A stretch of DNA of 64,000 nucleotides from a bacterium. Lineage in GTDB: Bacteria; UBA8248. The position numbers and the translations under genes were made by a program. Positions 32,727 through 43,139 of this stretch are shown piece by piece. Position 1 is the stretch's first letter. Each line of letters opens with the position of its first letter. Under the pieces are notes generated by a model. That model made no database searches. It was not told the DNA's origin and saw only the letters and a list, made by a program, of their open reading frames with translations. The stretch lies in contig CBDBEV010000001.1 of NCBI GenBank assembly GCA_965204535.1, forward strand, positions 1,152,001 to 1,216,000, given 5' to 3'.

Positions 32727-33509
32727 CTACAAGAGGACATCGAAACTCAGCCCGTCATAGGCGAGTTCGACTCCGCTGGGCAGGCTCCGGTTCGTTTCGT
32801 AGTATTCCAGTTCGAAATTGGTGTGGGTGAAATACGTCTGCTCCGGTTTGAGTTCCTCGACGATTTCGAGCGCCTCGGCGACCGTGAAGTGTGAGGGATG
32901 CTCCCGGTGGCGCAGGGCGTCCAGGATGAGGATGCGTACTCCTTTCAGGATTTCCATGGATTTTTCCGGAATGGCGTTGCAGTCGGTGGCGTAGGCGAAA
33001 TCCCCCACCCGCAAGCCCATTACTTTCATCCCGGCGTGTTCGAGTTCGAAGGGGATGACCTTCATGCCGGCCACCCCGAAAGGGGAATCTCCGATCTCCG
33101 CCAGCGTGAGTTGCGGCTTGAAACCGCTGTAGTCTTTCGCGTGATTGAAAATGTAGCTGAAATTCTGTCGGAGTATCTTCACCGTATTGGGATAGGCGTA
33201 ACAGGGGATCGGTTTTCCCATCAGGAAATTAAAGGCGCGCAAGTCGTCGATGCCGTGCGTATGGTCCGCGTGATAGTGCGTGTAGACCACGGCGTCCACA
33301 CGGGCGATCTTGTGTCTGAGGGCCTGCTCGCGCAGATCGGGGCCCGTATCAACCAGCAGGTTTCGCCCATTGTGCTCGATGACGATGCTCGGACGCAGCC
33401 GCTTGTTCCTGGGGTCATCCGAAAGACACGCGGCGGTAGTGCACCCGATGGAAGGAACGCCGGTGGAAGTACCGCAGCCGAGAACGGTGACCCGAGCGCT
33501 CGAGTTCAT
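32727..33509 (-). CDS. MBL-fold metallo-hydrolase (PhnP-like phosphodiesterase)
   Basis: LGCGTSTGVP.IGC, DTGPD, THYHADHTHG.DD. Confidence 0.9.
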   Translation of the reverse strand: MNSSARVTVLGCGTSTGVPSIGCTTAACLSDDPRNKRLRPSIVIEHNGRNLLVDTGPDLREQALRHKIARVDAVVYTHYHADHTHGIDDLRAFNFLMGKPIPCYAYPNTVKILRQNFSYIFNHAKDYSGFKPQLTLAEIGDSPFGVAGMKVIPFELEHAGMKVMGLRVGDFAYATDCNAIPEKSMEILKGVRILILDALRHREHPSHFTVAEALEIVEELKPEQTYFTHTNFELEYYETNRSLPSGVELAYDGLSFDVLL

Positions 33510-34540
33510 CTCACCGAATCCGCCAGAACCTGAGCGGCGGTTTCCACGTCTTTCCTCGAGACGTCCAGGTGGGTGACGGCGCGGAGCATCTTCGAGTTCG
33601 GAACGGAGAAGGCGACGCTTTTTTCCATCATCGACTCGTTGATTTGGTGCGCTGTTTTGCCGCTTTCCGAGACATCCAGGAACACGAGGTTGGTGGGCGT
33701 GGTGTCATGGACGGGTCGAACGCCCGGAACCCCGGCGGTGAGCTCCGAGAAAAGCTGGGCGTTGGCGTGGTCGTCCGCCAGGCGCTCTACATGATGCTCC
33801 AGGGCGTAGAGCCCCGCAGCGGCGAGAACCCCCGCCTGACGCCAGCCGCCGCCCCACATTTTCCAGTAGCGGCGCGCTTCCTGAATGAACGCTTCTTTCC
33901 CTAGCAGGATGGAGCCTACCGGGCAGCCCAATCCCTTGGAGAAGCAAAAGCATATCGAATCGCAGCGCTTTGCCCATTCTTTTGGGGGGATGCCGGAGGC
34001 GACGATGGCGTTGAAAATGCGGGCGCCGTCGATGTGAAGGGGTATATTCTGCTCTTTCGAAAAAGCGCGTAGCTCGTCAAGTTTTTCGAGGGGGAACACG
34101 TGGCCGCCGCCCTGGTTGTGCGTGTTTTCCGCCCAGAGCAGAGCGCTTTTCGGGTACCCGCTCTTGGGGCGAAGCCATTTCTCGGCGTCTTCGCGGGCGT
34201 ATACACCGCGTTTCGCCGAGATCAGGGCGAATTGAACCCCCGATAAGAATGGTCCCGCGCCCAGTTCGTTCCGAAAGGGGTGGCAATGGGAATCGGCGAT
34301 GATCTCATCGCCCGGGTTCGTGTGGACCTTGATGGCCAGTTGATTGGCCAGCGTGCCCGATGACACGTAAAGGCCGTCTTCCTTGCCGAAGAGAGACGTC
34401 GCCTTTTCGATGAGCTCGTTGACGCTCGGGTCTTCTCTGAGCGTCTCATCGCCCACCTGTGCCTCGGCGATGGCTTGGCGCATCGCTTTCGTGGGGCGCG
34501 TTGCGGTGTCGCTTCTCATGTCGATGAAATGACGGGACAA
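33506..34540 (-). CDS. Low-specificity L-threonine aldolase family
   Basis: DMRSDT, SGT.AN, ENTHN..GG, H.DGARIFNA, CFSKGLG (PLP lysine), RQAG. Confidence 0.9.
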   Translation of the reverse strand: MSRHFIDMRSDTATRPTKAMRQAIAEAQVGDETLREDPSVNELIEKATSLFGKEDGLYVSSGTLANQLAIKVHTNPGDEIIADSHCHPFRNELGAGPFLSGVQFALISAKRGVYAREDAEKWLRPKSGYPKSALLWAENTHNQGGGHVFPLEKLDELRAFSKEQNIPLHIDGARIFNAIVASGIPPKEWAKRCDSICFCFSKGLGCPVGSILLGKEAFIQEARRYWKMWGGGWRQAGVLAAAGLYALEHHVERLADDHANAQLFSELTAGVPGVRPVHDTTPTNLVFLDVSESGKTAHQINESMMEKSVAFSVPNSKMLRAVTHLDVSRKDVETAAQVLADSVR

Positions 34541-34716
34541 AGAATAACCCTCCCGGCTTCCGGCCCCCGTCTCCGGGAATCGGGTTTAAGCACTCGGCTT
34601 GTTGTAATCTACTTGGTGGAGAATATATTTGCATAATCGCAAGTGATTTGCCAAATTATCGCCCTGTCATTTTTGGGCTTTCACAATCCTCAAGCACGCC
34701 GAGAGATTACACGGAT

Positions 34717-35850
34717 ATGCGAAATACCGGTGGAAATCCTGTCTTCGAGGATGATTTTCTCAGGCGCGCGAGGTCGTACCAGATGCGCCGCCTGTATGTA
34801 GGATTAACGTCCTCCGCTCTGGAATGCGGCGTCTTGCTCGCGTTTTTGTTCTGGTATCTGGGTGCAGGGGCCGGGAAGCCTGCAGGCGGCGCGTTCGTGA
34901 GCGGATTCGCTATTTTCTTCTTCATTGCTATCTCGAAAACGCTGGTCTCCTTGCCCTTTGATTTCTACGGCGGCTACGTGCTCTCCCACCGGGAAAATCT
35001 ATCGAACCAATCGCTGGCCGGTTGGATATGGGACAGATGCAAGGGATTGGCGCTTCTGTTGTTGTTGGGCGGGTCGGCCAGCGGTGTTTTTTTGATGATC
35101 ATGACCGTTTGGCCGGCCGATTGGTGGTGGATAGCCGCGCTTGCTTCGGTTTTGTTGGTGGTTTTCATCTCCCTCATCGCTCCCGTACTGCTCGCGCCCA
35201 TCTTCTTCCGCTTCAAGCCCCTGGAGGATGAGGGCTTAAGAGAGCGACTCCTCGCCTTGCTGGAGAGAACGAAGGCGAGAGTGTACGGCGGGGTGTGGGA
35301 AATGGATATGAGTTCCAAGAGCAAGACGGCGAACGCCGCCCTTGTCGGCTGGGGGCCGTCCCGGCGGGTGGTGCTCTCCGATACCCTGCTTGATTTTACG
35401 CCCGATGAGATCGAGGCGATCCTCGCCCATGAAATCGCGCATCACGTGGGTCGTCACATCCCGGCCCTCATCGCGATGAAAAGCGCTATGCTGGTCTTCG
35501 GGGTGTATTTCTCGCACTACGCGATGGAATGGCTGGGGGATTGGGTGGACCCCGCTCTGGTGCAGCCTGGAGAGCCCGCTTGCGTCGTGGTTTTGTGGGT
35601 CGCTCTGAGTCTCCTGGGAGCGGTCGTATCTCCTGTGTTTCTCGTGATTTCGCGCGCTTTTGAGTACCGCTGCGATCGCTATTCCACCGAATACGCCGAG
35701 GCGAGGGGCGGTTTGTCTTCCGCCCTCGTCAAATTGTGCAAACAAAACCTGACGGACCCCGACCCGCCCGGCTGGGTGGTCGCTCTCTTTCATTCGCACC
35801 CCTCGGTTTACAACCGCTTGGCCAGCATCGAATCCTGGGAGAAAGCCTAG
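34717..35850 (+). CDS. M48 (Ste24-like) membrane metallopeptidase
   Basis: ANAA..G, HEIAH zinc motif, EYRCD, HSHP...RL. Confidence 0.9.
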   Translation: MRNTGGNPVFEDDFLRRARSYQMRRLYVGLTSSALECGVLLAFLFWYLGAGAGKPAGGAFVSGFAIFFFIAISKTLVSLPFDFYGGYVLSHRENLSNQSLAGWIWDRCKGLALLLLLGGSASGVFLMIMTVWPADWWWIAALASVLLVVFISLIAPVLLAPIFFRFKPLEDEGLRERLLALLERTKARVYGGVWEMDMSSKSKTANAALVGWGPSRRVVLSDTLLDFTPDEIEAILAHEIAHHVGRHIPALIAMKSAMLVFGVYFSHYAMEWLGDWVDPALVQPGEPACVVVLWVALSLLGAVVSPVFLVISRAFEYRCDRYSTEYAEARGGLSSALVKLCKQNLTDPDPPGWVVALFHSHPSVYNRLASIESWEKA

Positions 35851-35863
35851 GCGAGCTTTCGGG

Positions 35864-36730
35864 TTAGCGCGGTTGGTGTGTTTTCCTGATGAAGGGGATG
35901 ACCCACTTCGCGATGTTCGGATGCGTGAGTGATTCGAGCGGACCCTGGTTTTTTATTCTCTGCAGTTTCGCACTCCCTCCTTTTCCTTGGATGGCTCTTA
36001 GAAAAGCCTCGGCGCCGCCGAGCGGGTAGGGTCCTCCCTGGCTGTGGAGAAGCAATACCGGGGTCTTAATCCTTCCCGCCACACGGATGGGGGAGCGCAC
36101 TCGATATGCTTCCTGATTTGGAGTGGACATACCGCCGAGTAGCGCGCGTATTCTGTTCTTCCGTTTTTGGGGTAAGAACGCGTAGGCTTTCTCCAGGTCA
36201 TAAAATCCGTTCTCAAGAATGAGACCCGAAATGTTCGCGCTTCTCGCAGCCGCGAGGGCGGCGGTAGAAGCGCCTTGTCCGATCCCGTAGACGAAAACGC
36301 CGTCTTTTCTGGCGTTCTCCCTGGTACTTAGATAACGAACCGCGCCCAGGGCGGCCTCCACGCTTCTGTATCCTGCGAAATCTTCCGGCCCGGTGGATGC
36401 GCCGAAGCCGGGCAGCGAGATGCTCATCAGGATGAGACCGTCGCGTACGTGAGCCAGCATGGCTCGTCTGAATCGTTGGGCGCGGGCGTCCGCACCGTGT
36501 AAGAGGAGAATTGCCGGATGGCGTACTTGTGGAGAATGTCCTCTGGCAGGTGGCCATACAGCATAAGCCTCCACGCGCCCCCAGGGAAATTCCATAAACC
36601 ATTCCCGTATTACATCGCCCCGGGTTGTTTTCGTCTCATGGTCCGCAACGCATCCGGCGAGTAAAAATGTTGAAACGAGGAGAAAAAATACGCCGTGAAG
36701 GATATCTTTCGAGATATTTTTCAAGCTCAC
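35864..36730 (-). CDS. Alpha/beta-hydrolase-fold (S9-like) lipoprotein, catalytic residues apparently lost
   Basis: Lipobox LLAGC; LLLHG, SLPGFGASTG, SPI...IKTPVLLLH; nucleophile elbow reads GIGQG. Confidence 0.75.
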   Translation of the reverse strand: MSLKNISKDILHGVFFLLVSTFLLAGCVADHETKTTRGDVIREWFMEFPWGRVEAYAVWPPARGHSPQVRHPAILLLHGADARAQRFRRAMLAHVRDGLILMSISLPGFGASTGPEDFAGYRSVEAALGAVRYLSTRENARKDGVFVYGIGQGASTAALAAARSANISGLILENGFYDLEKAYAFLPQKRKNRIRALLGGMSTPNQEAYRVRSPIRVAGRIKTPVLLLHSQGGPYPLGGAEAFLRAIQGKGGSAKLQRIKNQGPLESLTHPNIAKWVIPFIRKTHQPR

Positions 36731-37048
36731 AGCCGATCCTTTTCACCATTTCACAAGTTGTGGACCTGGATTTACGTCCATCAGGGATGAATGGAAAACA
36801 TAAAAAATAACATCTTAACATACTGAAAAGGTGGCGCTAGACACATCAAAAAGAAAAAAGGGTTGCACTTTTCATTCTTTCGTATTATATTCGCTATATT
36901 GGAGGGCAGAAAAATTCTCCATATCGCAACAATTTTTTAACATGATTTTCACACAAAATGTAGTGCAAAAATGTAAGAGAGGCACTATATATAGATTATT
37001 GAACCATTCTCCCCCAAATCGGAGGAGAAGCAGGAAAGGAGGCCCGTC

Positions 37049-37270
37049 ATGGCGATAACAACTCAAAGACCCGGATACAAGACTCATGGGACGAGCCAGA
37101 CCTCGAAGCGCATTCATCAAGCCTGCATGCGGAATCTCGCCCTCTATTTGCAAGGCCATATCTCTTATGAGGATTGGCGAAGCAGACAAGAGGAACTCGA
37201 ATCGAGACTTACGCCCGCGCCCGAACTTCCATTCGAAGCATTGGAGCCCAAAACCCCCGAGGCCGCCTGA
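37049..37270 (+). CDS. Hypothetical small protein
   Basis: Strong AGGAGG RBS downstream of an AT-rich promoter-like region; no family recognised. Confidence 0.5.
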   Translation: MAITTQRPGYKTHGTSQTSKRIHQACMRNLALYLQGHISYEDWRSRQEELESRLTPAPELPFEALEPKTPEAA

Positions 37271-37674
37271 TTCCCTCCCTCGCCTGGGCGCAACGGTCCA
37301 GGCAAGCGCATCGCTTCTCCCTGATGCGCTTACGCCGCTTTCTCCGCTCGGTCCTGCGATTAGCGGGGCATCGCCCGTAGGCGGCATGAGGGATGGGGAG
37401 AATCAGGAAAACAATCGTCTTTGCCCATGTTTTCCGAACCATGGAGAGAAATCGCGTTCTCATCATGCGAGTGGCATAGCGCAAACGTTTGTAAATCTTT
37501 ATTTTTTACCTCTTGCGCTTTTTCGAGGTTGCTGATAGGGTTCGGCGTCTTTTCCCACAACAGGTGTGGGTAAAAGGTTTGTGGGTATGCAAGACGAATG
37601 AAGATTCCCTTCCGAGAGACGCTCCATTCATCATTACATCCCCAAAGTTCAATCTCTTTTTTATGAGGAAGTGT

Positions 37675-37878
37675 ATGTCAACAGGTACAGTGAAGTGGTT
37701 CAACGATGCGAAAGGGTATGGTTTCATCACGCCCGAGGACGGTGGTGAGGATCTGTTCGTTCATCACTCGGCCATCCAGGCGGAGGGGTTCAAATCCTTG
37801 AGCGAAGACGATCAGGTTTCGTTCGAAGTCGCCCAGGGTCCCAAGGGTCTTCAGGCGCAAAACGTCGTCAAGCTCTAG
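37675..37878 (+). CDS. Cold-shock protein
   Basis: [18 protein letters not shown]...[11 protein letters not shown]1/RNP2 motifs. Confidence 0.97.
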   Translation: MSTGTVKWFNDAKGYGFITPEDGGEDLFVHHSAIQAEGFKSLSEDDQVSFEVAQGPKGLQAQNVVKL

Positions 37879-37898
37879 CGCATCAATCGGCGCTTCAT

Positions 37899-37933
37899 AA
37901 AAGTGGTGGCCGGTTTCCGGCCACCACTTTTTT
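37899..37933 (+). terminator. Rho-independent terminator after csp
   Basis: AAAAGTGGTGGCCGG-TTT-CCGGCCACCACTTTTTT. Confidence 0.85.
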
Positions 37934-38006
37934 CGTCTCGGACTTTCCCATCTTCTCTCTCCCAAGGTAATCTGCGCCTCAGTTTTCTCGAACAGAGGAT
38001 TTTCTG

Positions 38007-40046
38007 ATGAAGCGTCCCGCGCTTGAGATGAGAAGAAACATCGGCATCATCTCCCACATCGACGCCGGAAAGACGACGACCACCGAGCGCATGCTGTTCT
38101 GCTCGGGGGCCGTGCACCGGATCGGCGAAGTGGACGAGGGTTCGGCCACAATGGACTGGATGGCCCAGGAGCGCGAGCGCGGCATCACCATCACCTCGGC
38201 AGCCATCACCACCACCTGGGCGGATCATGAGATCACCATCATCGATACCCCCGGCCACGTGGATTTCACCATCGAGGTGGAAAGAAGCCTGCGCGTGCTT
38301 GATGGTGCCATCGCGATTTTCAGTGCGGTGGAAGGCGTCGAGCCGCAGAGCGAGGCCGTTTGGCGGCAGGCGGACAAGTTCGGCGTGCCCCGGCTCGCCT
38401 TCATCAACAAGCTGGATCGACTGGGTGCGGATTTCGAGCGAACCGTCGAGATGATGGTCGAAAAATTAGGGGCCAGACCCGTGCTCATGCACTGGCCAGA
38501 CGGAGAGGGTGAGGATTATACGGGTCAGGTGGAAGTTCTGAGCGGGGATTTTCTCACTTGGGAAGGAGGAGAACCCCATCGGAGCGGGCTAAGCGGTGTG
38601 CTCAAGGAAAGAGCGCAGGAGTTGAGGGAAGCTCTCATCGAAGCCGTGGCGGATCACGACGAGTCGGTCATGGAGGCGTATCTGGAAGGAAGCGCCATTG
38701 ATGCCGAAGCACTCAAGGCAGGCTTGCGGCGCGCCGTGCTCGCAGGCGAACTCGTGCCTGTTTTTTGCGGCTCATCCCTGAAGAACAAAGGGGTGCAACC
38801 CCTGCTGGACGCCGTGGTGGATTATCTGCCCTCTCCGGTGGACGCGCCGCCCGCAAGCGGTTTCGCTCCGGATGAGGACGAGCCCATCACGCGTTCTCCC
38901 CTGGAGGATGCGCCTTTTTCGGCCTTGGTCTTCAAGGTGCAAATCGATGGGGGGAGACGGCTCACCTACCTGCGGGTGTATAGCGGCGCGGCCAAGGTGG
39001 GCGAAAGCTTGTGGAATCCAGCAAGAGGAGATGGTGAGCGCTTCGCCCGGCTTTTCAGGATGTATTCCCACAAGCGCGAGCGCATCGACGCCGTGGGGCC
39101 GGGCGACATCGTCGCGGCGGCCGGCCTGAAGGAAGCGGTTACGGGCGACACCCTCTGTGATCGCAAAGAGCCGATAGCCTTCGAGTCGATTCGCGCGCCC
39201 CAGCCCGTCATCTCGGTCGCGATTGAACCCAGGGATGCCACCGGGACCAAAAAGCTGAGCGAGACTCTGGCGAAACTCCAGGCGGAAGACCCGACGTTTC
39301 AGGTGCGGGTGGATTCCGAATCGGGTCAGACGGTGATGAGCGGCATGGGCGAGCTTCATCTGGAGGTGCTCACGCGCCGGATAGACGAGGATTTCGGCGT
39401 GAACGTGCGGGTCGGCGCACCCCGCGTGGTCTACCGCGAGACGCTTGCGAAAGAAGCCGAAGCGGAGTCCATCTTCGACAGGGAATTGGCCGGCGAGTCC
39501 CAGTTCGCACGGGTGCGCGTGGGAGTGGCGCCCCGGCCCGGCGGAGGCGTCTCGTGCGAGAGCACGGTGGACGACACGGCTGTTCCTGACAATTTGATTG
39601 CCGCCGCGCTGGAATCGCTTCGAGCGTCAACTTCGAGCGGCGCCATGGCGGGCTATGAGATGACGGACGTGGGTGTCACTTTGATCGAGGCGGATTTCGA
39701 CGCCGAGCGCGCGACGGAAGCTGCTTTTTCCATCGCAGCGGCGAACGCGTTCACGGAAGCCTGCCGCTCGGCGGGCGGACAGCTTCTGGAGCCCGTCATG
39801 TCGGTGGAGGTCGTGACGCCCGGTGAATTTCTGGGCGCGATCATCGGCGACATCAATGCGCGCGACGGAAAAGTCTCCGGCGTCGATGAACGCGGCGGAG
39901 CAGCGGCTGTAAGCGTCGTGTGCGCCTCGGTGCCTCTCGCCAAGGTGTTCGGCTACGCCACCTCCCTTCGCTCCGCCACACAGGGCCGCGCCACCTACAC
40001 CATGCACTTTTCGCACTACGCCCCCTGTGAGATGGCGGGGGTGTAA
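38007..40046 (+). CDS. Elongation factor G paralog
   Basis: SHIDAGKTT, RGITI, DTPGH, NKLD, GMGELHLE, LRSATQGRA; not in the rpsL-rpsG operon. Confidence 0.93.
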   Translation: MKRPALEMRRNIGIISHIDAGKTTTTERMLFCSGAVHRIGEVDEGSATMDWMAQERERGITITSAAITTTWADHEITIIDTPGHVDFTIEVERSLRVLDGAIAIFSAVEGVEPQSEAVWRQADKFGVPRLAFINKLDRLGADFERTVEMMVEKLGARPVLMHWPDGEGEDYTGQVEVLSGDFLTWEGGEPHRSGLSGVLKERAQELREALIEAVADHDESVMEAYLEGSAIDAEALKAGLRRAVLAGELVPVFCGSSLKNKGVQPLLDAVVDYLPSPVDAPPASGFAPDEDEPITRSPLEDAPFSALVFKVQIDGGRRLTYLRVYSGAAKVGESLWNPARGDGERFARLFRMYSHKRERIDAVGPGDIVAAAGLKEAVTGDTLCDRKEPIAFESIRAPQPVISVAIEPRDATGTKKLSETLAKLQAEDPTFQVRVDSESGQTVMSGMGELHLEVLTRRIDEDFGVNVRVGAPRVVYRETLAKEAEAESIFDRELAGESQFARVRVGVAPRPGGGVSCESTVDDTAVPDNLIAAALESLRASTSSGAMAGYEMTDVGVTLIEADFDAERATEAAFSIAAANAFTEACRSAGGQLLEPVMSVEVVTPGEFLGAIIGDINARDGKVSGVDERGGAAAVSVVCASVPLAKVFGYATSLRSATQGRATYTMHFSHYAPCEMAGV

Positions 40047-40092
40047 ATTTTTCACCTCACTGTTTTCGTATTGGTGTGAAGGCGTATTCTGA

Positions 40093-40974
40093 ATGACCAC
40101 CACCACCCTCTCTGTTCTTTTCTCGCTTTCAACGGCGCTCGTGGTCGGCTCCTTCACCCTTTTCGTGAGAAGCGGGCAGCGGCACGCGAACGCGGTATCG
40201 GGCGTACTCATCGGGCTCATCGTATCCATGCCGCCGCTGCTCGTGGGCGCTATATGGACGTGGGAGCCCGCCCACTACCAGCCTCTGGGCTGGTTGTTCT
40301 TCGCGCTGGCCGGTATCGCGGGACCCGCCGTGGGAAGGGTGTGTTTCTTCCATTCGATTCATTTGATGGGCGTGGCGCGCGCAGTGCCGCTCAACTCCAC
40401 CATGCCGCTTTTCTCGGCGATCATAGGTGTCTATGTCTTGGGCGAGAGGCCGGGGCCGTACATTCTGGCGGGTACGGTGCTCATCGTTTTGGGATGTATG
40501 GGGATTACGGCGAAAAGGGGAGGGACTCAGCCCACCCGCGGAAGCTACCTGCTTATTGCACTCGGAAGCGTGGTTTTCTTCTCCGTCTCGCACATGCTTC
40601 GAAAACTTGGCGTAGGTTCAACGCCCAATCCGTATCTGGGCATATCGCTAATGAGCGTCTCTGGAGGTGTCTTCCTCTATGTCTTTGGGCAGTACCTGCC
40701 GCCTGCCTTAAGGCCCTCCTTGATGGTAAAAAAAGCATGGGTGGCGTACAGCATCGGCGGTTTGCTGAATACTCTTTCGGTTCTCCTGCATCTCTACGGA
40801 CTTCGTTACGGAGACCTCACCATCGTGATTCCGCTCGCCGCCACCGCGCCTTTGTGGGCGCTGCTTCTTACGGCCATATTCATGCGCAAACTCGAGCGCA
40901 TCACCTGGCCGATTCTACTGGGTACGGTGGCGGTGGTCGTGGGCGGTGCGCTCGTGGCAGGCCGCGCACTCTGA
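40093..40974 (+). CDS. EamA/DMT family transporter
   Basis: 10 TM in two repeats; P..GR...F..I...GV.RA.P motif. Confidence 0.88.
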   Translation: MTTTTLSVLFSLSTALVVGSFTLFVRSGQRHANAVSGVLIGLIVSMPPLLVGAIWTWEPAHYQPLGWLFFALAGIAGPAVGRVCFFHSIHLMGVARAVPLNSTMPLFSAIIGVYVLGERPGPYILAGTVLIVLGCMGITAKRGGTQPTRGSYLLIALGSVVFFSVSHMLRKLGVGSTPNPYLGISLMSVSGGVFLYVFGQYLPPALRPSLMVKKAWVAYSIGGLLNTLSVLLHLYGLRYGDLTIVIPLAATAPLWALLLTAIFMRKLERITWPILLGTVAVVVGGALVAGRAL

Positions 40975-41109
40975 CGAGGCGGGGTTCGGTCTGTTCTGGT
41001 ATAGTGAGGCAGGTCACGGATTTTTACTTCGCGCGTCGCCAATCTATCATTTCACCAGGCAGGCAAAGAAGGTTCATCCTTGCCAAGTTTGTATAGGAGA
41101 GAAGTGGAT

Positions 41110-41523
41110 ATGAAATTCATTCACACTTTTTTTTGTGCTATTGCGCTAATCGCTCTTTTGGGAGCAATGCCAGCCTTGGGTGCGAATAAAGGTATGGGGA
41201 AATCTACGATGAAAGGCGCGGCGAAGGGCGGCATCACGCTCAAAATCGCCGGTGGGAAGATTGAAGGCAACAAAAAAGTGGTTCGCGTGAAACAAGGCGA
41301 TGAAGTCAAGTTGAATCTGATGGCCGACAAAACCACCGAAGTCCATCTACACGGCTACGACATCGAAAAAACCGTCTCCCCTGGCCGGGTGGCCGTGATG
41401 GCGTTTCGGGCCAAGGTGGCGGGCCGGTTTCCCGTAACGGAGCATGGCTCTCATTCCCACGGGCAGAAAAAAAGCGGGGGTCATTCCGAAAAGGTGCTCT
41501 TCTACCTGGAGGTGCATCCGTGA
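41110..41523 (+). CDS. Secreted cupredoxin-like, His-rich protein
   Basis: Signal peptide; VRVKQGDEVKL...EVHLHGYDI...F.A...GRFPVTEH; HGSHSHG insert; ends LEVHP. Confidence 0.7.
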   Translation: MKFIHTFFCAIALIALLGAMPALGANKGMGKSTMKGAAKGGITLKIAGGKIEGNKKVVRVKQGDEVKLNLMADKTTEVHLHGYDIEKTVSPGRVAVMAFRAKVAGRFPVTEHGSHSHGQKKSGGHSEKVLFYLEVHP

Positions 41524-41536
41524 CGAGGACAATCCT

Positions 41537-42988
41537 GTGAACCCCTATACCCGAGGGCTGGGCCTCGTTGTCCTCATCGCGTTTTCCCCCGCATCCGTAT
41601 CGGCGCATGGGTTCGGTCAAAGGTATGATCTGCCCGTGCCGCTGGGTTTGTTCATGCTCGGGGCGGGCGCATCCGTGGTGCTTTCGTTTTTGGGCATGGG
41701 GCTTTTCGTACGTAAAAAACAAGATAGCGTGGGTTATCCTAGCTGTAACCTGCTCGCCTCCCCCCTTTTCGCATGGATGGGGAGCAAGGTCTTCTTGTTG
41801 TTGATACGAGCTCTTTCCGTCATTTTGTTTTGTGTGACGCTGGCGGCGGGCATCTGGGGAAGCGAAAACCCGGACAAGAACATCGCGCCCACCATGGTCT
41901 GGATCATCTGGTGGGTGGGTCTGGCCTATGTATGCGCGCTGGCGGGGAACCTGTGGTCGCTGGTGAATCCATGGAGCATCATATTTTCCTGGGCGGAGGC
42001 GCTGTACCGGAAAATCAGGCCCGGCGGTTCGTTATCGCCGGAGCAGCCGTTCACCGAAAGCCCGGGCGTGTGGCCGGCTGTGGGCTTGTTCCTGTGGTTC
42101 GCCTGGGCGGAGATCGTCTGGCCGCACAACGACCTTCCCCTTAACCTCGCAGTAGCCGCACTCGGGTATTCCATCATCACCTGGACGGGTATGTTCCTGT
42201 ACGGCAAAGAAGCGTGGCTTAGGCGCGGAGAGGCGTTTTCCATCATATTCGGCGTGATGGGACGCTTCTCGATCACACAGGCGCGCGTGAGCGGAAACGG
42301 AAGAAATGAATGGCGTCTGAGGCCGCCGGCTGTGGGCCTTCTGAACACAGACGGCATGAGCAACTCGATGGTGGTGTTGGTGGTGTTGATGCTGGCGACG
42401 GTGAGCTTCGACGGCTTTATCGAAACACCGCTATGGCACTTGCTTCGTGCGTGGATGTACGAAGGAGTCATTTGGGTGGGGCGAGATGCCCTGCTCGTGG
42501 CGGACACTGTGGCGCTCATCGCGGTTCCGATGCTCTTCCTGGGCGTGTATTACCTGTTCTGCATTCTGATGCGCGCCATGAGCGGGAGCGCACTCTCCAC
42601 GGGGGAATTCGCCCGCTTGTTCGTGCTTTCGTTGGTTCCCATCGCGATTGGATACCATGTGGCGCATTATTTCTCCTTTCTCTTCATTCAAGGGCAACGC
42701 ATCATCCCGCTGCTGTCCGATCCCTTCGGGATAGGCTGGAACCTGTGGGGAACCGCTGCCTATAAGGTCGATATCGGTGTCGTTGGCGCGAGAACGACCT
42801 GGTATGTTTCCATTGCCGCGATTGTCATCGGCCATATATGCGCCGTCTATCTGGCGCATGTGACGGCGTTGCGCGCACTCGATAATCGCTTCGCCGCCGT
42901 GCGCAGCCAATATCCGATGCTCGTCCTCATGGTGGGCTATACCATGGTGAGTTTGTGGATCATCGCACAGCCGATAACGGGGGGCTGA
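41537..42988 (+). CDS. Conserved multi-pass membrane protein ('fenitrothion hydrolase'-like annotation family)
   Basis: Signal then AHGFGQRYDLPVP; W..WWVG, NPW, SFDG, PIAIGYHVAHY, SDPFG.GWNL.GT, GH...V..AH, SQYP; GTG start. Confidence 0.7.
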   Translation: MNPYTRGLGLVVLIAFSPASVSAHGFGQRYDLPVPLGLFMLGAGASVVLSFLGMGLFVRKKQDSVGYPSCNLLASPLFAWMGSKVFLLLIRALSVILFCVTLAAGIWGSENPDKNIAPTMVWIIWWVGLAYVCALAGNLWSLVNPWSIIFSWAEALYRKIRPGGSLSPEQPFTESPGVWPAVGLFLWFAWAEIVWPHNDLPLNLAVAALGYSIITWTGMFLYGKEAWLRRGEAFSIIFGVMGRFSITQARVSGNGRNEWRLRPPAVGLLNTDGMSNSMVVLVVLMLATVSFDGFIETPLWHLLRAWMYEGVIWVGRDALLVADTVALIAVPMLFLGVYYLFCILMRAMSGSALSTGEFARLFVLSLVPIAIGYHVAHYFSFLFIQGQRIIPLLSDPFGIGWNLWGTAAYKVDIGVVGARTTWYVSIAAIVIGHICAVYLAHVTALRALDNRFAAVRSQYPMLVLMVGYTMVSLWIIAQPITGG

Positions 42989-43139
42989 CGGCCTGCGGGC
43001 AAACGGGCGGTTAACTATTTCACCTCCTGCGCCGCTTTATCTTGCCTCGACATGGCCATGTCCCCCCTCCTCTGATAAGACATCATCCTTGTGCCGTTTC
43101 TGTTCATATTTTTTCTTATTTTAGGCTGGGGGAAACGTC

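Noticed and set aside
36731-37048. Replication origin in the AT-rich tract
   Set aside because: No clustered TTATCCACA DnaA boxes and no dnaA/gidA context.
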